From Octopus vulgaris (Eukaryota): a stretch of 64,000 nucleotides of DNA. Positions 1-14,399 of the stretch are shown here, piece after piece (within the stretch, counting starts at the first letter, position 1; the number at the start of each line of letters is the position of its first letter). The DNA lies in NCBI GenBank assembly GCA_951406725.2, contig OX597841.1, positions 13,764,001-13,828,000 of the forward strand, given 5' to 3'. The notes beneath the pieces were generated by a model, which was not told where the DNA came from, did no database searches, and worked only from the letters and a program-made list of their open reading frames with translations. The translations under genes were made by a program, and so were the position numbers.

Positions 1-93
1 ATTGCCATCATCATCATCTTCATCATTGTCATTGTCGTCATCATCATCGTCATCCTCATCATCATCATCATCATCATCATCATCGTCATCCTC

Positions 94-125
<32 letters not shown>

Positions 126-678
126 CATCATCATCGTCATCCTCATCGTCGTCATCGTCATCATCGTCATCATCATCATCATCATTAACATGGTGGTCGT
201 GGTCCTCGCCGTTGTTATTGTTGTTTTAATGCCCACTAATCTATGTCTGTGTGCATCTGACAAAGCTTATGTTCAGACAGAGTTTTCTGCGACTGGATGC
301 TCTCCCTGACACCGACCCTAACCTTTGACTTGAAGCAAAGTAATAACCACCCAGGCTCAGTCTGTTGTACAACCAACAGCCTGGGCATGATAATTTTTGA
401 TGCACTCAATACCTTACGAATGGAAACAAACGGTGCCGTATGAACGAACCTTTTGTTTACAAAGATCAGACAACAATGTCATGCCAGGCCGAGAAACCAA
501 AATCTAAGCTGCATGCACCTTATCCTATCTATATGAGCATCAAGGCCTTTGTTTACAGTCAGGGAACACACATGATGGTCGGGGTGGGGGGGGGCAATAC
601 AAACTCTTTCCCACAAACACACATATATACACATATATAAACTGAGTTTTTGAAGTTATTTATACTTATTTATTCATA

Positions 679-1105
679 GGCGCAGGAGTGGCTGTGTGGT
701 AAGTAGCTTTCTTACCAACCACATGGTTCCGGGTTCAGTCCCACTGCGTAGCACCTTGGGCAAGTGTCTTCTGCTATAGCCCCGGGCCGACCAAAGCCTT
801 GTGAGTGGATTTGGTAGACGGAAACTGAAAGAAGCCTGTCGTATATATGTATATATATGTATATATATATGTATGTGTGTGTGTTTGTGTGTGTATTTGT
901 GTGTGTGTGTTTGTCCCCCTAGCATTGCTTGACAACCGATGCTGGTGTGTTTACGTCCCCGTCACTTAGCGGTTCGGCAAAAGAGACCGATAGAATAAGT
1001 ACTGGGCTTACAAAGAATAAGTCCCGGGGTCGAGTTGCTCGACTAAAGGCGGTGCTCCAGCATGGCCACAGTCAAATGACTGAAACAAGTAAAAGAGTAA
1101 AAGAG
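679..1105 (+). mobile_element. tRNA-derived SINE family A (octopus-type, CORE-like), full length with internal (TA)/(TG) microsatellite
   Basis: A-box-like TGGCTGTGTGG, B-box-like GGTTCAGTCCC, CORE-like CACCTTGGGCAAGTG, 3' end CAGTCAAATGACTGAAACAAGTAAAAGA. More than 15 copies or fragments in the window. Confidence 0.9.
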
Positions 1106-1478
1106 TATATATACACATATATAAACTGAGTTTTTGAAGTTATTTCTACAGATGGTCTATAGAATTTAGAGCCAGCACTGACAGTTACGATATTTGGTAT
1201 AGGAACCATCATCAGGTTCTCACCTGTACTAATGACCTTGATTGGCCTCCGCAGGGAGCTGTGGAGGTTGTGTGGGATACCAATTTGTAAAAGGTGATGA
1301 ACTCCTTCCCCAAAGACACGTCTCGATTCCTGCTGAAGCACCCCGACCTAGTCCCACCAAGGTGCTTGAGTGAAGCATTGAGCCTGGTCGGGTGCCGGTG
1401 GGGCGGAAAATAATGGAAAAAATTAAGAGGCTTTTAGTGCCTCGTACTGTGGGGGCATATGGATAATTTATGAAAAAT

Positions 1479-2697
1479 AGGCATGGCTGCGTGGTTAGGG
1501 AGCTTGCTTTCTAGTTACATGGTTCCAGGTTCAGTCCCATTGTGTGGCATCTTGACCAACTGTCTTCTACCACAAGGCCAACCAAAACCTTGTGAGTGGA
1601 TTTGGTAGACAGAAACTGAAAGAAGCCTGTCATATATTTATATATATCTATTTTTATATATATATATCTATTTTTTATATATTTATATATATCTATTTTT
1701 ATTTCCCGTAACTTAGCGGTTCGGCAAAAGAGACCGATAGAATAAGTACTAGGCTTACAAAAAATAAGTCCTGGGGTCGATTTGTTTGACTAAAGGCGGT
1801 GCCCCAGCATGGTCACAGTCAAAATGACTGAAACAAGTAAAAGAGTATGTATGTACTTATATATGTATATATATATATGGGCATGGCTGTGTGGTTAGGG
1901 AGCTTGCTTCCTAGCTACATGGTTTCGGGTTCAGTCCCACTGCGTGGCACTTTGGCTAGGTGTCTTCCACTATAGCCCCGAGCTGACCAAAGCTTTGTGA
2001 TTGAATTCGGTAGGCGGAAGTTACTGCCGTGTGTGTATGTGTGCGTATAGATGCTCAGTGCCTCTCCGAAAGAGAGAGAGAGGGTAAGAAGCTTATTGCC
2101 TCATTTGTAAGGACCTTGGGTCAAATTAAATTAAAATATGAGGTTTATAACCTCAGTTTGTTAGAAAAAAAAAGAAGAACAATGTTTCCAGGAAGCAGCG
2201 ATCGGGCGGGCGGCACTTGTTTTCCCTCACCAATTTCATTATTTTCTTTGTCCTTCATTCATCTTCTGTTTTGTCCAGCCCACAGCTGCTTCTATGCAAG
2301 GCCTGTATGGCCAATTCAATGAAATAAGGTAGCTTGCTTACCAACCACATGGTTCCAGGTTCAGTCCCACTGTGTGGCACCTCGGGCAAGTGTCTTCTAT
2401 TATAGCCTCAGGCTGACCAAAGCCTTGTGAGTGGATTTAGTAGATGGAAACTGAAAGAAGCCCACCATGTGTGTGTGTGTGTGTGTGTGTATGTATTTCG
2501 GGGTCTGTGTTTGTTCCCCCACTTCATCGCTTAACAACCGATGTTGGTGTGTTTATATCCCCATAACTTAGCAGTTCGGCAAAAGAGTCCAGTAAGTCCT
2601 GGGGTTGATTTGTTCGACTTAAAACCCCTTAAAATGGTGCTCCAGCATGGCCACAGTCAAATGACTGAAACAAGTAAAAGAATAAAAAAATAAAAGA
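1479..2697 (+). mobile_element. Cluster of three family A SINE copies/fragments (about 1479-1845, 1879-2020, 2328-2697)
   Basis: Similarity to 679-1105. Confidence 0.8.
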
Positions 2698-2715
2698 ATA
2701 TGCATCCATATATAT

Positions 2716-2756
<41 letters not shown>

Positions 2757-3109
2757 GGGTGGATAGAAAAGAGAGTAAAGTGTGATTTGAGGGAGATTCG
2801 GCTGCTATTTTTAAAAGGTCAGGCTACTGTGCAGAAATCCAGAGCATTAGTGATAGATATAATGCTTACACCACCACCACGACCACCACCACCTCCACCA
2901 CCACCAACAACAACATAGACAACAACAATAACAACAACATAAACAACAACAATAACAACAATAGCAACAATGTAAACACTGCCATGACCACCACTACTAA
3001 TATTTCCACTCTGGTAACTCTCAACCATAATTATCCAGCATGCCATATGGTGCACATCAGTGCAGCTGATGTGATCGCCCTAACACGTGCTTTTCTCTTC
3101 CTACACAAA

Positions 3110-3197
<88 letters not shown>

Positions 3198-3236
3198 CAC
3201 ACATATACATATACACACACACATATATATATATAT

Positions 3237-3293
<57 letters not shown>

Positions 3294-3444
3294 CATGCAT
3301 ACAGATACTTATCCAAGTGCATATACACTCATATACACTTATATATACATACATATATATGTATACACACACACACACACATATATATATATACACATTA
3401 AAATATATATATATATATGATATATATATTTATAAACATATATC

Positions 3445-3482
<38 letters not shown>

Positions 3483-3615
3483 TATATATATATACATATA
3501 TATTATACACACACAAATATGTACACACACATGCACACACACACACACACACATGCACATGTATATATATATATATGTATGTACGCATACACATGCATCT
3601 GCATGCATACACACA

Positions 3616-3655
<40 letters not shown>

Positions 3656-3794
3656 TCCCTCTCTCTCTTTCTCCTCCTCTCTCTCTATATATATATGAAG
3701 AAGGGAAAGAAAAGGGACAAGCAAACTACAACACACGTATATATATGTATATATATATACACACATATATATATACACACATATATATACATAT

Positions 3795-3842
<48 letters not shown>

Positions 3843-3849
3843 GAATATA

Positions 3850-3898
<49 letters not shown>

Positions 3899-3927
3899 GA
3901 ATATATATATGTGTATACATGAATATA

Positions 3928-3966
<39 letters not shown>

Positions 3967-3973
3967 GAATATA

Positions 3974-4040
<67 letters not shown>

Positions 4041-4499
4041 GCATGCACACACTCCAGGTAACAAGAAGAATGAGACACATTGCACATGACAACGTATACC
4101 TTGAAAGAGGGGGGGGACTCTTTCTTTCTTGAAGGCAGTGGTGGTGATGGTGGTAGTGGTGGTCATGGTAGTGATAGTGATGGTGGTAGCATTGGTCGTG
4201 GTGGCAGTGGTTGTAGCTTTGGTTGCAGCTTCGATGGTGATGGTGTTGGTGGAGATAGCAATGATAACGATGGTGATGGTGTTGATGTTGGTGGTGGTGG
4301 TGGCGATGGTGGTAGTATTGGTGGTGGTTATGGCAGTGTTCTTCGCAATGGTAGTGGTAGAAGTAACAGTGGTGGTGGTAGTGTGCTAGTGTTGCTTACA
4401 GTAGTAGTCAGGCTGTAGTAGATATATAGACTCTTTCGTAACCATGGTTTCTGTGTTATATTGTATATGTGTGTATATATGTTTGTATGTGTTTGTATA

Positions 4500-4674
4500 G
4501 GCGCAGGAGTGGCTGTGTGGTAAGTAGCTTGCTAACCAACCACATGGTTCTGGGTTCAGTCCCACTGCATGGCACCTTGGGCAAGTGTCTTCTGCTATAG
4601 CCCCAGGCCGACCAATGCCTTGTGAGTGGATTTGGTAGACGGAAACTGAAAGAAGCCTGTCGTATATATATGTA

Positions 4675-4718
<44 letters not shown>

Positions 4719-4942
4719 GTGTGTATATATGTGTGTATATGTTTGTGTGGCTGTGTTTGTCCCCCTAGCATTGCTTGACAACCGATGCTGGTGTGTTTAC
4801 ATCCCCATCACTTAGCGGTTCGGCAAAAAGAGACCAATAGCATAAGTACTGGGCTTACAAAGAATAAGTCCCGGGGTCGATTTGCTAGACTAAAGGCGGT
4901 GCTCCAGCATGGCCGCAGTCAAATGACTGAAACAAGTAAAAG
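4500..4942 (+). mobile_element. Family A SINE, full length
   Basis: Near-identical to 679-1105. Confidence 0.9.
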
Positions 4943-5879
4943 AAAAAAAAAGAAAAAAATGTGGTTTTTATTCTCTTACTTGTTGCAATCGTTTGACTGT
5001 GGCCAGGCTGGAGCACCGGCTTTAGTCAAACACATCGACCCTAGTACTTATTCTGTCAGACTTTTTTGCCAAACCGCTATGCTACAGGGATGTAAGCACA
5101 CCAACATATGACAGGCTTCTTTCAGTTTCCGTCAACCAGGCTTTGGTTGGCCTGAGACTAAAGTAGAAAACACTTGCCCAAGGGTGCCATGCAGTGGGAC
5201 TGAACCCAGAACCATGTGGCTTGGGAAGCTAGCTTCTTGCCACACAGCCACTCATGTGCCTAATTATATATATATACACACACACACACATACACACACG
5301 TATATATATATATATATATATATAAGTAGATATATGTGTATACAAATATATATACTTTATTTAAAAGCAGCATATATATATATATGTACATAGGTATGTA
5401 TCTACGTGTGTGTGTGTTTGTGTTGGTGTTTGTCACCCTCCACCACTTGACAACCCGTGTTGGTGTGTTTACATCCCTGCAACTTAGCGACTGGGCAAAT
5501 ACACTCTGATGCAATAAGTCCCAGGTTTAAGAACAAAATAAGCCCTAGGGTTCCATAACCAATGGAGTGCCACTTTACCAAAATCAAACCCTGGCTATTA
5601 CTATGTCGTATCTTAGGACTCATAGGGCTGTTTACTTGATATCCAAGGCACAAAAGGGGCCAAGATCACATTGCCCACCTTTCAGGGGGATGCCTGAACA
5701 GACAGGAACAGAAGAAATGAAGTGTTTTGCTTAAGAACACAACACACCTCCTGGTCTGGGAATTGAAACCATGATCTTAAAATAATGAGCACAACAGCCT
5801 ACCCACTGGGCCATGCATCTTTGCATCAGATTAGCAACCAGATTGAAATTACTCTGGTTTGATAGTATTCTTTTCTTTT

Positions 5880-6073
5880 CTTTTATTCTTTTACTTGTTT
5901 CAGTCATTTTGACTGCGGCCATGTTGGAGCACCACCTTTAGTCGAGCAAGTCGACCCCGGGACTTATTCTTTGTAAGCCCAGTACTTATTCTATCGGTCT
6001 CTTTTGCCGAACCGCTAAGTGATGGGGACGTAAACACACCAGCATCGGTTGTCAAGCAATGCTAAGGGGACAA

Positions 6074-6150
<77 letters not shown>

Positions 6151-6322
6151 CATATATATATACATATATACGACAGGCTTCTTTCAGTTTCCGTCTACCA
6201 AATCCACTCACAAGGCATTGGTCGGCCTGGGGCTATAGCAGAAGACACTTGCCCAAGATGCTACGCAGTGGGACTGAACCCGGAACCATGTGGTTGGTTA
6301 GCAAGCTACTTACCACACAGCC
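5880..6322 (-). mobile_element. Family A SINE, near full length
   Basis: Reverse complement of 679-1105. Confidence 0.9.
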
Positions 6323-7431
6323 GTATGGGTGAGGGTTGAAAAAGGGTCAATAAAAAAGGGGTCTGATACTTAAAACATGTTTGAAAAATATTGGTTTAGA
6401 TCAATAAGCAAAGATAATTGGGTGGAGCAACGATAACTGGGGGGAGGAAGGGAACCGAGAAAGCCAAGGGATGTTGTAATGTAGTAATGACATCTGATTT
6501 GGATACAAAGCAGTTTTGATGGATGTAGGTTGGTTGGTACTGGTAAAAAAAATGCTTAGAATATTCAAAAACTCATGACACTCTTTCTGAATGGCACACT
6601 TAATTTCATGATGGAAAAAAGACCTTTATTATTAAAATTACCTTGAATTTTTTTTTTAGCAGTATGGTTCACCTGATGCTGATCCATGTCTCACCTGGCC
6701 TGCTTCTCAAAAAGGGTTTATCGTGCCTGCTTTAGAAAGATGCACTGTTGGTTGCTGACAATCACTCCAGTCAAATCCTGTATAACTAACTTGTTTATGT
6801 GGTCACTGAAAGTCTTCTCTTTCTACATGAGTCATCCAATGTGCATCTAGAATTAAATTCCAGTCACTCACTAGATATATTGAGCACGATACACTGAAAG
6901 TCTTCTCTTTTTAAATGTATTATTCAGTGTGCATTTAAGATGCAATTCCAGTCACTCATTATAAAATTCTTGAAGAAATTTGGCAACTAAATTTCAATCG
7001 GAGCTTAAGTAATCTATTTGATTATAGAGGCCATGCACATAATAGTAGACAGACCAAGCCTCATCAGAAAACATGAGTGGAACAATAACACCCCACTGCC
7101 ATACTATGCAATATGACAATTAAAGACAGAATGAGAGAAAAAGAGATACAGGTACAAAGTGTATCAACCCATATGCACACACACAAGACACACATAGACA
7201 TACTTAAGATGGAATGGGAAAAAATGATAAATAAATAAATAAATGGATAAAAACTAAATAAAAGACATGGGAACAAACAGTACAGTAATTCCTGGGTAAA
7301 TTGCCCAGGATTTATAAGGCAAATAAGAAAATGGAGAGTAGAAAGAATCAATAAATGTTTACTGGTTGATGTTTTCCAATTTTCTATCCTCTCCATCTTC
7401 TTATTTGCCTTATATATATATGTATGTATAT

Positions 7432-7861
<430 letters not shown>

Positions 7862-7912
7862 AAATATTGAATTTCTAAATCTCTCGTAAGAGACATGTAT
7901 GGTGGTGGGGCG

Positions 7913-8151
7913 ATAGAATGGTTGTATACTGTCAATCTAACAAGAACGTGACAGTAGGGGTACACCACCGCTGTATAGCCCTAGGAAGCATCGAACACCT
8001 CCTGATGGCTTTGACACATTTTTCCCTGTGTATATAAGGACACAGGGAAAAATGTGTCAAAGCCATCAGGAGGCGTTCGATGCTTCCTAGGGCTATACAG
8101 CGGTGGTGTACCCCCTACTGTCACGTTCTTGTTAGATTGACAGTATACAAC

Positions 8152-8159
<8 letters not shown>
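7913..8159. repeat. Long foldback: about 119-bp inverted arms, about 8-nt loop, abutting (TA)n
   Basis: ATAGAATGGTTGTATACTG...CCCTGTGT / ACACAGGG...CAGTATACAACCATTCTAT. One mismatch and one indel by eye. Confidence 0.95.
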
Positions 8160-8192
<33 letters not shown>

Positions 8193-8950
8193 TACATACT
8201 GTAGGCTACCACACAGTTTCTGTCTACACAAGATACTGGTTGACTTGAGGCTATAGTAAAAGATACTTGCCCAAGATTCTACGCAGTGAGTGGAATTGAG
8301 TCAGAAGTAAAAAAAAAGCTACATTCTTGTAACTAATGTAACATCTTTTGATTGGTTTCATATCGAACGACACTTTTTATATAATTCTTTGGTTGTCAAT
8401 GGTTTCGTTAACCAAATATGGTCGCCGTTCCTGAGTTTTTGCATTTATTCATAGACACAGATTCCTTTAAGAGAAGAATAGATATAATGTTCTTTTATGC
8501 ATCTCAGCACTATACACTTCCCACTTAGAATTCAATTCATGTAACTAAGACAACGGCGTGTTTAGTATTGCACTTTCTCTTCCCTTTATTTTCACCTGCT
8601 TATTATTTATTTATTTACTTCCTTTACCATTATTATTTTTCTCCTAATTTTTTTTTTTGTAAACTCCTCACCCTTTTTTTTTATTAATTAACTCATTTTA
8701 TTTTATTTTAATTTATTTTATTTTATTCCATTTCCTTCTGTCATTTATCCTGTCACAGATTCTCAACTTCCTGGCGTTTCGAATTCATTTTTTTAAAAAC
8801 TTTTTTAAAATATTTTTTTTCTTTTACCAAAATCCTTTGTACAATTCTTCTTTCTTCCTCATCTCCTCCCTTTTTTTTTATGTCCTGTAGGATGCTTAAT
8901 GAGGTTTCGAATATTTTAAACATTTTTTTTTTTTTTTTTTTTACTACTAA

Positions 8951-9312
8951 GTGCAGGAGTGGCTGTGTGGTAAGTAGCTTGCTAACCAACCACAATATTC
9001 CGGGTTCAGTCCCACTGCGTGGCACCTTGGGCAAGTGTCTTCTGCTATAGCCTCGGGCCGACCAAAGCCTTGTGAGTGGATTTGGTAGACGGAAACTGAA
9101 AGAAGCCCGTCGTATATATGTATATATATATTTCTTTATTGCCCACAAGGGGCTAAACATAGAGGGGACAAACAAGGACAGACAAACGGATTAAGTCGAT
9201 TGCATCGACCCCAGTGCAAAACTGGTACTTTATTAATCGACCCCGAAAGGATGAAAGGCAAAGTCGACCTTGGCGGAATTTGAACTCTGAACGTAACGGC
9301 AGACGAAATACG
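8951..9312. mobile_element. Family A 5' half (+) joined to family E SINE fragment (-)
   Basis: Family E minus strand reads GAGTTCAAATTCCGCCAAGGTCGACTTTGCCTTTCATCCTTTCGGGGTCGAT. Related pieces at about 20850-20940, 45320-45410 and 63308-63420. Confidence 0.75.
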
Positions 9313-9329
9313 GCTTATATAGACTCATA

Positions 9330-9665
9330 AGGGCTGGTTTCCCTGTTCCCATGGCGTATATATATTCTCCACCCGGATGGGATGCTAGTCCATTGCAGGA
9401 TTAACTCACTGTTGCCAGCTGAGTGGAGTGGAGCAACGTGAAATGAAGTGTCTTGCTCAAGAACTCAAAGCATCGCCCAGTCCGGGAATTGAAACCACAA
9501 TCCTGATTTCATGGCATATAAATTCCCCACCTGGACGAGACACCTGTCTGTTGTAGGATAACTCACTTTTGCCAGGCGAGTGGAGTGGAGCAATGTGGCA
9601 TGAAGTGTCTTGCTCAAGAACACTATGCACTGCCCAGTCCAAGAATTGAAACCACAATCTTATGA
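9330..9665 (-). mobile_element. SINE family D, two tandem fragments
   Basis: GAGTGGAGTGGAGCAACGTGAAATGAAGTGTCTTGCTCAAGAAC repeated. Other copies at 11660-11865 (-) and 40588-40830 (+). Confidence 0.75.
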
Positions 9666-9669
9666 CTGG

Positions 9670-9758
9670 AGAAATATGTTGGATAAAATCATAATTAACT
9701 GATCCTCCTGTAAAATCTTTGACCCTTAAAGCCAGGAACTTTTCAGCACCCCATTGTA
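9670..9758 (+). mobile_element. 3' end of a mariner-derived MITE
   Basis: Matches 62665-62742, ending AAAGCCAGGAACTTTTCAGCACCCC..TA. Confidence 0.65.
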
Positions 9759-9810
9759 TGTGCGCCCACTTTCTTGTTACTTATCCCTCTGTCTTCTACT
9801 CTCTTCTTCT

Positions 9811-9854
<44 letters not shown>

Positions 9855-10994
9855 GGCTCGAAGGCTCGAAACGTAAAAGACTTTCTCACTTCTCGAGCAG
9901 TAAACTAATACATCTGTTTGTTGTTTACACACCCATCTTCGTCTTTTGTTTTTTTTTGTAAATTCTCACTATATACATCTTTTTACACACATACACACAC
10001 ACACACACACACGTATCACATACCGTTGTTATAGGGACTGACACCATTGCTGTTGTTGTTGTTATTGTGGCGGTGGAGGTGGTGCGTAAAACTGAATTAG
10101 CAATTAGATGTTGAACAGCATGTACAGGCAAAAATTATGTGTGTGCATATCTACATGTCTATCTATCTATCTATCTATACATATATATATATATGTATAG
10201 ATACTCATATATATATATATATATAAATATATATACATGCATTTACATACATATATGTGTATATATATCTGGGTGTATGTATATATAAATAAATATATAT
10301 ATATATATATATATGTATGTATATATATGTATATATATGGGTGTATGTATATATATAAATATATATATATGCATGTATATATATATATGTGTGTGTGTAT
10401 ATATAAATATATATATATACATATATATACCGATGTACATAAGCATGTACGTGTGTAACACATGCAGTTGTGCGAAATGTGACTCAAAAGATAAGAATTC
10501 ACTTGCAATAACCTGCACACACACACAAAAACACATACATACACACATACACACACACACACACACATATATATGTATATATATATACGCACACGCACAC
10601 ACATAAGAAGGTACATATGCATGTATATGCACACATGCATATATGTACACACAGACACATGCACATGTATGTATGTACGTACGTATAAACACATCGATTT
10701 GGGCTTCTGTTGGTTAAGATGTCAGGATGTGGAGCAAGGAACCAAAGAATTGATTTGTTTTGGACTTATTTTTTTCTCCACAGATCAAACGCTGACACAA
10801 ACAACATTATTTGATAGAAAAATAATTGAGAAAATGTATGTCGTTTGATCAATTGTGTTAACGATACACAAGACAATATAAAGAAATTGTTTTTTTTTTC
10901 TGGCTTCCTTAACGACAGAAATATCAATATTTTGGTTAGCATTTTTAGCAGAAGGCATATTGTCAATATCGTTCGGTTGAGCTTACTCAAACAT

Positions 10995-11262
10995 TTTAAA
11001 CCTGCATGTGTCATCCATCTTGGTTTTGCATTAATTGAGAGAAGTCTTCAAGGAGGCAACCAATCTCTCTGGTGGGTTGGTCTATATATCTTGTATTCAG
11101 ATGTCCTACACTGGTACAGCCATGCTTTGGTAGCCATAGTAGTAGGTCACTTGTCAGCTCTTGGTTAGTTCACCAGCAATGTCCTGTAAAGTGCAAGTGC
11201 CTTTCTCTTATCATGGTGGAAACAGATAGATTTCTTTACAGCTGTTTCTTGGTGAGATGACT
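10995..11262 (-). pseudogene. Decayed 3' end of an RTE-type LINE ORF
   Basis: Minus-strand translation HLTKKQL*RNLSVSTMIRERHLHFTGHCW*TNQELTSDLLLWLPKHG...YIDQ...MQNQDG* fits the RTE C-terminal pattern (IRxRRLxFxGHxxR...LLWxP...GRP...W), with stops. Confidence 0.75.
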
Positions 11263-11274
11263 TCTTTAAGTGAT

Positions 11275-12716
11275 TCTTTTATTTGTTTCAGTCATTTGAC
11301 TGCGGCCATGCTGGAGTACCGCCTTTAGTTGGACAAATCAACCTCAGAACTTATTCTTTGTAAGCCTAGTACTTATTCTATCGGTCTCTTTTGCCGAACC
11401 GCTAAGTTATGGGGACGTAAACACACCAGCATCGGTTGTCAAGTGATGTTAGGTGGACAAACACTCTAACCCTACCAAATCCACTCAAAAGGCTTTGGTT
11501 GGCCCGAGGCTATAGTAGAAGACTGAACCCGGAACCATGTGGTTGATAAGCAAGCTACTTACCACACAGCCACTCCTAAGCCTGCACTTTACATCTGGGT
11601 GTAAGTTCCATCCAGCTTGGATTCCAGTTTCCTTGGTCAGCGTCCAGGCTGTTGTGCCATTTCTGGTTTCCATGGTGCAGAGGTTCTACCCCTGGAGGAG
11701 ATGCCTGTCTTTCACAGGGTTATGCACTTTTGCCGGCTGAGTGGACTGGAGCAACATAAAATGAAGTGTCTTGCTCAAGAACGCAACACATTGCCCAGTT
11801 CAAGAATTGAAACCACAATCTTATGATAACGAGTCCAACACCCTAACCACTAAGCCATGCACTTCCTTATGCATGTGATGGGGGGGGGGTGTCACGTGTT
11901 AACTTGCATACTTGTATTTCCACTGAAACTCCGAACATGACCTCTCCACCTCAACATTGAATGATAACTCCGAACATGACCTCTCCACCTAAACATTGAA
12001 TGATGACGATGAATTATCATTATCTTCATCATTAAACGACTGTTTTCTATGCTACGCTGGGCTGGACAGTTTGGCGGGAACTGGAAAGTCAGAAGACTGC
12101 ACCAAACGCTTTTGTCTGTTTTGGCAGGGTTACCTACAGCAGGATATATTCTTTTACTCTTTTACTTGTTTCAGTCATTTGACTGCGGCCATGCTGGAGC
12201 ACCGCCTTTAGTCGAGCAAATCGACCCCGGGACTTATTCTTTTGTAAGCCCAGTACTTATTCTATCGGTCTCTTTTGCCGAACCGCTAAGTGACGGGGAC
12301 GTAAACACACCAGCATCGGTTGTCAAGCAATGCTAGGGGGACATACACAAACACACACATATATATACACATATATACGACAGGCTTCTTTCAGTTTCCG
12401 TCTACCAAATCCACTCACAAGGCATTGGTCGGCCTGGGGCTATAGCAGAAGACGCTTGCCCAAGATGCCACGCAGTGGGACTGAACCCGGAACCATGTGG
12501 TCGGTTAGCAAGCTACTTACCACACAGCCACTCCTGCGTGCATACATAAATATATGTGTGATGGGCTTCTTTCAGTTTCCATCTGCTATATCCTCTTACA
12601 AGGCTTTCTTTGGCCTGAGGCTATAGTAGAAGGCACTTGCCCAAGGTGTCACGTAGTGGGACTGAACCTGGAACCATGTGGCTGGGAAGCGAACTTCTTG
12701 CCACACAGCCACGCCT
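11275..12716 (-). mobile_element. SINE cluster: family A (11275-11578 deleted, 12152-12538 full, 12560-12716 5' half), family D (11660-11865), family C fragment (12020-12145)
   Basis: Similarity to other copies in the window. Confidence 0.8.
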
Positions 12717-12744
12717 GTGAATATATATATACAGAAATGCATAA

Positions 12745-12800
<56 letters not shown>

Positions 12801-12812
12801 GCGCGCACACAC

Positions 12813-12847
<35 letters not shown>

Positions 12848-13923
12848 ACAAGTTTATTGAAGAATTTACATAAAAACACTAAGAGGAAAAAGATGGAAAG
12901 TTTCCAAGTTTGGATGAGAGAGAAGAATTCCAAGAATTCGATGAAAAGAAGAAAATAATCCAGATTTTGTGTTGAACCAAAGAGGAATTGAGTGGAGTCT
13001 TTTAGAAGAAGTGGACAATCAGGAATGTAGATAATTTGTGTGTGATGTAAGGAATATGGTTTTGGGAAATCAAATGTCCTTGGAAAATCTGGAAAATGGC
13101 CAAAATTAAAAGAAAATGGAAGAAATTAATGAGTTATGTTAACTTCATGGAATCATGGGGATGGCCAATGGCTTAGTGGTTAGGGCGTTGTATCCATGAT
13201 TGCAAAATAGTGTGGGCCCTTAGAAGTCCTGGGTTGGTGTCCAGCATGTTGGATGATCACTGAGAATGAAGGACCCCTTAGCTTTTGTTAAAGCATGTCC
13301 CTAGAACCCACTTCAGACTCGGGCCAAGTCTGCTCCAATAATTAGCAGGGATTTGGTCAGCAAGTTCTTTGCAGCAGTTAGCAATCCAGGACAACACCCC
13401 CCCTATTGTAAGACAACTATCTCTCTGTCCGCCTATCATGCTCTCACCTTTTGCCTGGCTCACAGCCCCTTGCCTCAGTTCTATTCCACCCCCCTCTCAG
13501 CTGAGTGGTCTTCGTTTTACAAGCGACTTTATTTTCTCGAATTTGCCATAAAGGCAGAACATAGAGTAATGTAGCTTGCGGGCTGGACACGGACATTAAT
13601 GAGGTGAATGATAATCATCATCATCATCATTGTTCGACCGTGGTCGAGACTTTCATAGTCTTTTCAAATGGCTAATAATGTGTGCGCGCGCCACTACTAC
13701 ACACATTGGAAAGCATTGTACAACCAAGTACTGAAGAAGATCTTTCCTCCTCCATGAAACAAAGCTGTTCCCGCTGGACGTCAACCCAGTATTTCTAAGC
13801 TACGGACCGAGTGATTTATTGTAAGGTTATCTCCCTAGATAGATTGCCTTCACTACGGCTAAGGAGCCCTTTCTACCCAAATATAGTATTATTGGATGCT
13901 CAGGAAAGGAGGAAAGAAGGAGG

Positions 13924-13958
13924 GTTCAATGTTTCGAGCAGAGCTCCTCGTCGGAAAC
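13924..13958 (-). ncRNA. Minimal hammerhead-ribozyme-like motif (degenerate) in a dispersed repeat
   Basis: Minus strand GTTT-CCGACGA-G-GAGC-TCT-GCTC-GAAAC-ATT-GAAC. Same repeat as 18031-18065. Confidence 0.45.
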
Positions 13959-14399
13959 ATAGGAAAAGGAAAGATCCAGAGAAGGGAAGACGGAGGAAAG
14001 AAAAAAAAAAAATGATAATGATAGAAGGATGATAAGGATGGGAGAAGACGAAAAGCGCCCACCGACTTTTGCTTCTCTGAAACATTGTTTTTTAAAAATA
14101 CTAAATGAGGTTTTAAACCTTTAACAATTTTTAACTCATTTATGGACTAAAATGTCCATTACAATCAAAAACAATTACATCAACGTGTCTTTAATAAATT
14201 TTCTTGCCCCCAGCAGGCATTCCATCAGCCGCAAATTGGGGTCCTTTACACATGATCTATACTCTTCCTTCGAGAAGGAGTCCATTATGTGATAGAGGTT
14301 CCTTTCTTGCAGTACCCGAGCAGCCACCTGTGGAGGCCTTACAAGTTACCCCACTGGTGCTGGTGCCACATAAAAGGCACCTGCATCAGTGCCACATAA

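Noticed and set aside
679-760. tRNA-like sequences at SINE heads (also near 7670-7740, 40588, 61111)
   Set aside because: A/B boxes present but no complete cloverleaf, and they continue into SINE bodies.
1337-1396. GC-rich hairpin GCACCCCGACC...GGTCGGGTGC
   Set aside because: Single short stem with no recognisable RNA family features.
2984-4166. [12 protein letters not shown] ORFs here and throughout the window
   Set aside because: Dinucleotide microsatellite artefacts.
6804-6958. Short local duplications (also 11928-12003 and 63830-63978)
   Set aside because: Two-copy slippage duplications with no further structure.
11225-11250. GAAACAGCTGTA on the minus strand, like the hammerhead 3' half
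   Set aside because: Lies in the RTE coding remnant (KKQL) with no CUGAnGA or stem II; coincidental.
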